From Tubulanus polymorphus (Eukaryota; Animalia; Nemertea), in assembly GCF_964204645.1 (NCBI RefSeq), contig NC_134035.1, positions 7,658,451-7,722,450 of the forward strand: a DNA stretch of 64,000 nucleotides, given 5' to 3'. Positions 45,125-64,000 of the stretch are shown one piece after another. The notes beneath the pieces are model-generated. The model was not told where the DNA came from. It made no database searches and saw only the letters and a program-made list of their open reading frames with translations. The translations under genes and the position numbers were made by a program. Position 1 is the first letter of the stretch; every line of letters starts with the position of its first letter.

Positions 45125-45805
45125 AGTATAGCACATTTTGGTTCTTAGCCCCCCAGGACGCTGTGCGCCTGGCTGCCTCAATTTTTACTTTCACTATTCA
45201 GTATTTGTGATCTCCTGAACAGCTGCACAATGTGGTAGATGAATTAAACCAAATTTTGGCCTTAGTTAGTTACCTTATCTTTTGGGGGTAAACAAAGTTT
45301 TTATTTCAGATGGGCTGTGGTGGTCAGGCACTGAGACAGTGTGGTAAGTAAATTATCCGGTAGGCCTAGGTTAGGTAGGTAGGTAGACAATAGTCTAATA
45401 TTAGTACCTAGCCGTTGTTCCTCAAACAAGGATCCGTTGTAGGGAACCGTAATGACTGGTATTCAGACTAACTTTGCTTAAAAGTGAGTTATCTTAGTTA
45501 GGACTTTAGGTAGACGACAAGTGAAACTAATGTCTATTTCAACCTGACTTGAGAGCATTCCGAGTGGCCTAGCTCGCTTATTTTTGGTAGCACATACCTG
45601 ATAAAGGTCTTAATGGGACAGGCAGTCGACCTAAATCATAATTTTTTAATCCATTAGAAACTGTATTGAAGGCTATCCAAAAAGTCTTCACTGAAAGGGG
45701 TTAAATGAAGAGAAGTGACTAGGCCTAGGCTTACATGATTTGAAAGTTTAACAATATGTTTCCATGCCTACGTACCAAACTTCAGTTGGTAGGCATGGTG
45801 ACATA

Positions 45806-46651
45806 TAGTTAGTTACCTAATCGTTGGTGGTAAGCTTTTATAATCGGATGGGCTTATACCAACGTTAGGGATGACAAGGGCCAAAACACGGTTGAAAAAA
45901 GTAACACTTCAAAAATATACTTTCTATCCACTTCAGTCCACAATTAATGGCTTATTTCACAAACTTACACAGGTACCTTTCGAAATAATCCAATTTTATG
46001 CATGTTTCGAGTGATTAATCAACATTATTTTGAGAAATTAATTAATTTCTCCACAAATTTCGCCATTGGCCGCCATTTCTCTGTATTGCACATGTGGCAT
46101 GATAAGACAAGGGGACCTACAAGGATTTATATAAAACTTCCAAGACGAAACGACAATTTTTATTTTTGATGGTTTTCCAACCTATATTTCAAATCTTCGT
46201 GTTTTCCTTAATTAATATTTAAATAATAAATTCTGGTAAAAGAAAAATGTGAATAAGTGTTGATTTCTTAGTATTTTTCAATTTCGTCGTTTCGCTTTGT
46301 TAGTTTGTGCTGTTGTCCTGGCCTCAGTCCACAGGTGCCAGCACCTCCAGTAATTTTCAAAATGGCAGCTGTTGACTCTACGGAAATTTACTCTCACTTT
46401 ACGGCCGATTTGCACATGGATTAAGATCGTCAGGTGAGGTGTTATAGGTATCAGACAAACTACGAATCTGTTGTGCGTCGATTACAACAAAAATTAGACG
46501 GATATCTTAAGAGACAATGAAATGCCAGGCAAATTACTCGTCAGTCAAATTGGCTGACGAAGATTTCATACAAAAATGACCTTCCCATTCCTGACTGTGG
46601 TTTGTGAAAATATCCGATCGTGAAACTAAACCACAGACAGGTTACTGACTA
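45806..46651 (+). mobile_element. Non-autonomous Academ-like DNA transposon (846 bp), 9-bp TSD
   Basis: GGTGACATA|TAGTTAGTTACCT ... AGGTTACTGACTA|GGTGACATA; near-identical to 52110-52956. Confidence 0.9.
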
Positions 46652-47641
46652 GGTGACATATTGTTAAACTTTCAAATCATGGTCCATTTCATGGGACGAA
46701 CTCTTTTATCAGATCGGAGAATCCGTTTGCCTCCAATCGTACTCTTTTATTGGTCACGTGACTTTTTGGAGTCTCCGAAACCTCCTTTCTGTCGAGGTGG
46801 TGTGATTCGGATTTTGTGTGGAGCCAACCGGAGATTTCGGACGGAGACTTCGGAGGTCATAAAAGAGTACGCCCATGCCATGGAGTCTCTTTTCTCTCAG
46901 GAACCCCTTTCAAATGCAGACTTTTTGGATATCCTTCAATACAGTTTAAAGTGGATTAACAAGCGATATTTTAGGTCAGCTGCCTGTCCTTTGTGGTCTT
47001 AATAATACTTTTATCAGGAATGTACCACCAAAACTGACTGAGCTAGGCCACCCGGCCAGAATGCTCTCAACAAGTCAGGTTGAAAGAAATAGACATTAAC
47101 CCACCGGCACCGCCACAGGTTACGGCCGATTTAGGCAGGTCTAGTGGCCCAAAAAACCCGTTGCTTCATACATTAGGATCAACATGTTTCATTCACATAT
47201 GAATCGTTTTATTGGCAGAATAAAGTAATGAGTAACTTACAAAATACTTTTGACAACAATAAAATATTGGTTTTGAATTTGTCTAACATTTCCGTTTTCA
47301 CTTCCCACAGTCGGTGTCTTTCAATGTAAATAAACTTTATTCGTAATGTTGAGGGCTGCGGGCGCGTCCAAAAATTTCACCCAGTCCTGGTGGCAGAGGT
47401 TATCTCCACAGAGATCTCCATCGCTCTACGATCCTAGTGGCAGACATTAAGGATCAACACCAGTCCCATTCCGTCTAAATACCTGAACCTAGAGTCAGTG
47501 TGAACTAACAACAAAAGGCCAAATTCTATGACAGAATAAAACAGAAGACAAAAATGTATATTTTAGAAAACTAAAAAAGGACGGATTTTATTCACAACTA
47601 AGAATGAATAACATATTCATTTCAAATGTGTGAGTTTCACT

Positions 47642-58076
<10,435 letters not shown>

Positions 58077-58639
58077 CTATTTATTTGAAAAATTAGGATT
58101 TCTCTACGGTTCATCATATTTCATTTCCGGGTTAGTTTCAAGCTCCGCCGTCTTTTAGTGGTGGTAGCACTTGCTGATACTTAAGATCACCTTACCGGTA
58201 CTCAGACCATATCTCACTTCCGCCTACAATGATATCCATCCAATGTAATAACCCTAATTGTTATAGGGCGCTTTTACGAAATTGAATCTGATTCGGTTTA
58301 GCTAAATCCGATTCGATGTCGGAAAACAAACGGTTTAGTAAATCGAATCGTTTTTCGTAAATGAGTCGAATCAATTTATCCATTTAAAGGTCGCGATTCA
58401 AAGAAAATGGGCGTCAATGGTGACCGAATTATTGATAGATGATGGTCTGCGATAGATGTCTTAAGCCCGCGGTCGAAGAGGACGCCTTGTTGGATTTCAC
58501 TGACTAAATCGCCACTTTAAAAATGAGCGCAAATCATCGCAACAATGGGGACCTCGAGGGACCGCCACAAAATGGCGCCTAGAAACTGGAAACTTCTTTA
58601 TTTCGCCAAGGCGAGAAAAGAATTATATCATAGAGAGCG

Positions 58640-60560
58640 CAGAGAGCAATGTTCAACCTGATAAACAAATGCCGCAATTTAAACCTTCCTTTTGACATCC
58701 AACTGAAAATGTTCGATTCCACTGTTTTACCATTGCTACGTAACGCTCTCTGAAGTGTGGGGCTTTGAAGATCTTATTGTTCGAGACTTTGCAGTTAAAA
58801 TTTCTGAAGTATGCTCTTTAAATCAAATCACGTATACCATCTATGATGATAAGCCTTTACAGCATCTTGACATTGGTCCCTCGGCAAAAGCGACTATGAC
58901 GACTGCATTGGAACGCAGTAGAAACGCCCACCGTGGGTTGTTTACGAAACACGCGAAGGAATTAGAAGAAAAAGTGAATTTGAAGAACTATTCGGAAGTC
59001 GTTAAAATTACGGAGAATTTTAAAATGCTGAATGACTGAATTGCTAAGATCGTCGGAATCAACGAGCAAATTCTGGAGGCGTCGGCAACGGACGATGCTT
59101 TTAATTCATTTTTCGTCACTGCTGAGGAGGACGTGAGAAGCATGTGGATACGAATCGCCGAAATCCGAGCTAGATTTGCGGATTTTCCTACTGTCGAAGA
59201 ACCGCAATCGTCGACTAGCAAGGAAAGACAGAAGGTGAATCTTCCTAAATTAACTCTACCTCAATTTTCGGGCAACATTATTGAATGGACGTCATTTTAG
59301 GATAGTTTTCGAGCCGCGACACATTCTGCTAACATGCCAGGCGTTCAAAATTTTGATTATCTTAGGAGCCAATTAGTTGGTGAGGCTTCAGATTGCATTT
59401 CTGGTTTACCACTGACGGACAGTACGTATATTGAAGCCTGTGGTATTTTGGAAAAACGTTATGGCCAAAAGCACCTGTTAACGAATGCGTACATGAGAGC
59501 GCTTGTTGACCTTGAAAAACCGGTTTATTCGTTCGTAAGTTTGCGTCGATTTTCTGACAAACTAGAATCGTATATTAGGACTTTGAAATCCTATGGGAAA
59601 TCTGACGAGTATTTCGGTGGATTGTTAGTCCCAATTATTCTGGATAAAATGCCGTCGGAATTGAGGCGTAACATTGCTCGTGAATACGGTAGCCGAGAAA
59701 AACGAGATTTTGATATTGGAAGCCGGTCCGAGACGAGACTGAATCCGAGATGAGACTGGTATAGGATTCCAATTGAAATCTTTGTTAAAATGAGAATGAT
59801 AAATTATTGGAATAAGCTAATCAACTATCAATGTAAACTTAGCAAAATCTTATACAATATAATGTACAACTTATATGCAAATAATCAGTATAGTTCCAAG
59901 TGGATCAGTAACATACAAAGAGCTATAAACGAATGTGGTTTAGGTTATATTTGGCTTAACAAAAATCCAGGAAAACCAGACTGGATAAGCCAGTCTGTTA
60001 AAACAGCTCTCCAAAACCAATTTATTCAAACATGGAGTAGCGAAATAAGGGAAAAAGAAAAATTTTATAACTATGGATTGATTAAAAACAACTTTGAACT
60101 AGAAGGCTAATCTTATTAAATCACGAGTATTACTAACAAAATTCCGCACCAACAACCACAAGCTTAGTAAAGGAACGTTTTAATCTTGCAAGGTATGAAC
60201 GATTTTGAGAAAAATGTAACTTAGGCGATCTAGGCGACGAATTTCATTCTTTATTAATATGTCCACAACACTTAGAATTAAGGAAAAAGTATATACCAGA
60301 CAAATTCTGGAAACGTCCAAATACTCTCGTGTACAATGAATTATTTAACCGTGAAAATAAGTCAACGCGTATGAAAAACTAGTCAAGTACTTAGATAACT
60401 GTATTCTTTACTGAGAATTGTAGGGATCAATGACTGTATTATTTTGTATTTTTTCTGTATTGTATTTTTCTATGTATGACCTTTTTTAGACCTCCTTATA
60501 CTATCAATTTGAGTCAGGAGAATAAAGTTATATCTTGTCTTCTCTTTTCTTATCTTACCT
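58640..60560 (+). mobile_element. Degenerate non-LTR retrotransposon 3' part (RTE-X/CR1-like), interrupted by a Bel-Pao fragment
   Basis: LINKCRNLNLPFDIQLKMFDSTVLPLL..SEVWGFEDL (to 58777). Resumes near 59751 with PIEIFVKMRMINYW..ECGLGYIW..QFIQTW..KFRTNNHKL..C..GDEFHSLLICP, then AATAAA and a TCTT-rich tail. Confidence 0.8.
58778..59750 (+). mobile_element. Bel-Pao LTR retrotransposon relic: short TG..CA LTR-like segment, PBS region and pseudogenised gag (DUF1759-like)
   Basis: TGTTCGAGAC...TGACA (58778-58872), then TTGGTCCCTCG. ATG at 58896 leads to VNLPKLTLPQFSGNIIEWTSF*DSF..FDYLRSQLVGEA..ISGLPLT..LEKRYG, with two in-frame stops. Confidence 0.88.
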
Positions 60561-60744
60561 ACGTAAGATTACCATTTAACGTTCAGATAAAAAACTACGT
60601 ATGATTAATCACTCGTGCAAAATGGTTACGTGTAAAAATAATTCGAAGATCAATAAGATCATGTATAGTAGTCTTTTCAATCTTAAGAAATAACCAGCTT
60701 AGAGTTCAGGATTGAATCCATTCATAACATATTAAATGATTTTT

Positions 60745-61330
60745 ACTTTAATTACGTATGGATGATCCAAGATCCAGTAGATGTCATATGGTTTAAATAA
60801 TTATATGAAATCATTCCTTAAAGAGCGATTTATTCTTGAGTGGCGGAATGAAATGGCTAACAAAGATATCCTTTGTAATTATAGATTGATAAAAAAAGAA
60901 TTTGAGTTTGAAAAATACCCTATTCGATTGATTCCGAATTACTGTCACTATTTGCTACGATACCGTGCCAATAATCATGAAGGATAGATATGCGAATAAG
61001 AAAGACTAAGTACAATACGTAACGAGACGAGTAGTACTGTATATGGGTTAACTATTTATTTGACGAGTAGTACTGTATATGGGTTAACTATTTATTTGAC
61101 GAGTAGTACTGTATATGGGTTAACTATTTATATTGATTTTTAATGAATAGAAGCTTCATCAGGTGAATGAGTCTGTACAATACGTAATTCTGGAGAAATT
61201 GGTGACGAATACCGTTATCTAATGAGTGTCATTCCCACACCGAGCTGATAAGAAGATACCTATCAAATGAATATTACGGAATTCCATCCGAGCTAATATA
61301 CTACGAGTTATGATTGAGTACGAAGGGACC
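60745..61330 (+). mobile_element. Second, more decayed LINE ORF2 3' relic of the same type, containing a 36-bp x3 tandem repeat (61026-61131)
   Basis: KERFILEWRNEM..NYRLIKKEFEFEKY..LLRYRANNH..IGDEYRYLM with frameshifts. Confidence 0.7.
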
Positions 61331-62784
61331 CGAAATTTTGGACGACTGTAATGTACAATTTATGATGAAATGTTCTGTAAGCAATATGAAACGTTAAATG
61401 GCATATTTTTTTGCTTACGATTCTAGTTGATATCGACCGCGCCCTTTCGGGGCTTCAAAAATACAAGATTATTTTGTTCGAATAAAAACGGGAAATATAA
61501 GAGTTCGAGCACATTATACTAGCAATATTAAGTCTGAATAATTGGTGTTCAGTGTTATATTAGGCGAAAATTCCTTTGATTTCAGTCACCTTTTATCAAA
61601 GATAACTCTTTCATTTGGAAACGATACGATTTTTCTTGAATAACGGTTTGTTGATTCGGCGGATCGAAATGATTACTAATGATGTAGAATTAACAACTGA
61701 AAGAATGGAGTGTTTACGATTTTGGTGGATAGATGGCGCTTTGTGCTTGCGAACTTTTGTATCTTAGTGTGTATAGAAGATATTGGAAACGCCTCAATGT
61801 ACTCAAATATAGTGAACATTTGAATACCAATCATTTGACTACACTGAAAAGACGAGCTTATTTTCTCTCAAAATGTGTTATATGATTTGATTAAAGATTT
61901 AATCTCGTCTGCACATTAAACAGTGATGATTTATGTATGATTAAGAATTATTATCACTATTGTTATTACCTCCTTAAACTATCGTTTTAGTCATGAGCTG
62001 CGTTCACACTAGGATTTCAGTACGGTACTAAGCGTTCACACTAGGAATTTATTCGAGGCCTATGGAGAAAAATGCAGTTATCTTTATCTTATCACCCGTC
62101 ATCTGTATCAGGTCTTCACGCGGTTCCAGGGGGTAGACCGCACACTATACACCTCCAGTTTTTCAGTTGGCCCCCGAAAATCTTTCCCGTCAAAATGACG
62201 AAAAGAATTGTATAATATTCTCGCTCCCTGTTGTGCGGACATACTTATAAGCATCCTCGGCCGCGCTAATGGCCAGAGGGAAGGAAAAGCAAACCCTAAA
62301 AAATTACCCAACGGTTATCACAATCGTCGCCGGAAAAATAGAATCCACACCCTCAAAACAGATCGTACCGTGTCCAAAGGCAACTAAAAAGGAGTATACT
62401 AAACCAACCCTCCAGCCAACATGACCGAAGCCATGACAACGGACACTAAGAGGCGTTGATAAAATTCTGCGTCCACACGGGAAGGTGCCAGGAATCTCAC
62501 ATTCCTTATTTAGTTTAGTTTGCGAGAACACTGTTCGAAACGGTTGGGGGAGAGTCGATCTATACGATGTGTAGAAACGAGGTGATTCTATTACATCTAG
62601 ATTCTCGTTTTGACCTTCACACCTGTGTCCCTGTGTCTCGGTTTGTGATGATAGTCCAGTATATTGCGTATCTTCATCTTCGAAAATTCTATCACTTTGG
62701 TCTAAATCAGAGCCTGATTCAATGTCAGATTCAGAATCACTGTCTTGTTCGTGGTCAGATTTGACGGGTTCTACAGTTACCGGC

Positions 62785-62915
62785 CCCAACTCATGACTTG
62801 TAACTCGGCGTGCCCAAACTCATGACTTGTAGCTCATGCCCAAATCATGATTTGGAACTCATGCCCCAAATCATGACTTGTAACTCATGCCCCAACTCAT
62901 GACTTGTAACTCATG
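62785..62915. repeat. ~23-30 bp tandem repeat (CCCAACTCATGACTTGTAACTCATG), about 5 copies
   Basis: Directly visible. Confidence 0.8.
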
Positions 62916-63484
62916 GCGCCCAATAACTGAGTTTTTCGCAATTGAAGAAAACAGCTGATCGCCAGTAGTTTGTGAAGAAATCAGATATTGACGATTGCGA
63001 ACAGTTCATCTACGCCTATCCCTTGTGCTAGTGTTGGAACGTGGCTAAAGGATCAGCGTTAATGGAGAGGGAAACTAAAAGAACGGTAACTTAGCAACAC
63101 AATCTGTGACGACGTCACATTTCCAGAAAACAGCCGATCTCCTTCATATCTCGCAAACTATTGATTTGCGAATGTACACGCGACAACAAAATTTTGACGG
63201 CTTCATTCAACCATTCATCACACTTCCCTGATTCAACCAAAAGCGAAAAGACAGACAGACAAACAAACAAACAAACGGCTGGTAGCGATGTGCATTCATT
63301 TTGAAATAATCGAAAGAAAATCGATCTAACAAAGTATCGATTTGGGAATATATCTGCGACAACAAAATTTTGACAGCTTCGTTCAACTAATGGCGAAAAC
63401 AAACAAGCAATTCGCAAATAAACAAACAAATAAACGGCTGTTTGCGAGTGCTTTTAATTTTTGAAATAAATCGAGCAAAATTTG

Positions 63485-63490
63485 AAAAAA
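63485..63490 (-). terminator. Pol III terminator of the 5S gene
   Basis: T6 on the minus strand at the 5S 3' end. Confidence 0.85.
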
Positions 63491-63608
63491 GTCTACAGCA
63501 CCCGGTATTCCCAGGCGGTCACCCATCCAAGTACTAACCGGGCCCGACGTCGCATAACTTCGGTGATCGGACGAGAACCGGTGCTTTCAACGTGGTATGG
63601 CCGTAGAC
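63490..63608 (-). rRNA. 5S: 5S rRNA gene
   Basis: GTCTACGGCCATACCACGTTGAAAGCACCGGTTCTCGTCCGATCACCGAAG ... GTTAGTACTTGGATGGGTGACCGCCTGGGAATACCGGGTGCTGTAGACT, followed by an oligo-T run. Confidence 0.96.
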
Positions 63609-64000
63609 AACAAAACGTATGAATCTAACCGTTTTGATATTACCTTCTCGATAGGATCGCCACCTCAGCGAGGCATCCACTTTTTATGTCTCTTTTAACA
63701 CAGTTTCAATTGCTCAACTGATAAAACCAGGTACAATTATCCATTCGCTCCATCGAAAGATGTAGAAACAAACGCCTTTCCCTTCGCTCAAGGATCGGCG
63801 TTGAATAAGGCGGAGGAAACTATGAGAACAGCTACTTAGCAACACAATCTGTGACGTCACATTACCAGAAAACATCTAATCTTCTATCTAACAAAGTATC
63901 GATTTGGGAATATATCTGCGACAACAAAATTTTGACGGCTTCGTTCAACTAATGGCGAAAACAAACAAGCAAATAAACAAACAAATAAACGGCTGTTTGC

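Larger units (their letters stand above)
63000..64000 (-). repeat. 5S rDNA spacer repeats (edge of a probable tandem array)
   Basis: About 63045-63445 is repeated at about 63788-64000 (ACTTAGCAACACAATCTGTGACG..., TCTAACAAAGTATCGATTTGGGAATA..., AACAAATAAACGGCTGTTTGC). Confidence 0.8.

Overview
AT-rich animal genomic DNA with spliceosomal introns. The 5S sequence and repeat families suggest a spiralian/lophotrochozoan invertebrate (inference). Five protein-coding genes were reconstructed by hand with GT-AG boundaries and consistent phases: EDEM2 (minus, 3' end runs off the window), a dihydropyrimidinase/CRMP gene (minus), SAXO3 (plus), APH-1 (minus) and TTLL1 (minus). One 5S rRNA gene sits at what looks like the edge of a tandem array. 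The most interesting feature is the DHP/CRMP locus. It keeps all amidohydrolase metal ligands, yet has up to four phase-0 alternative first exons (one with a motif resembling the vertebrate CRMP-A N-terminus, one CRMP-B/Drosophila-like, two tiny ones near RFX X-box-like sites). It also has two duplicated 86-nt terminal exons encoding alternative CRMP-type tails. Introns and intergenic DNA are dense with non-autonomous elements: an Academ-like family with 9-bp TSDs and empty-site controls, Harbinger- and pogo-type MITEs, Helentron-like elements, tRNA-SINEs, LINE relics and a Bel-Pao relic. Several minisatellites appear to derive from transposon termini.
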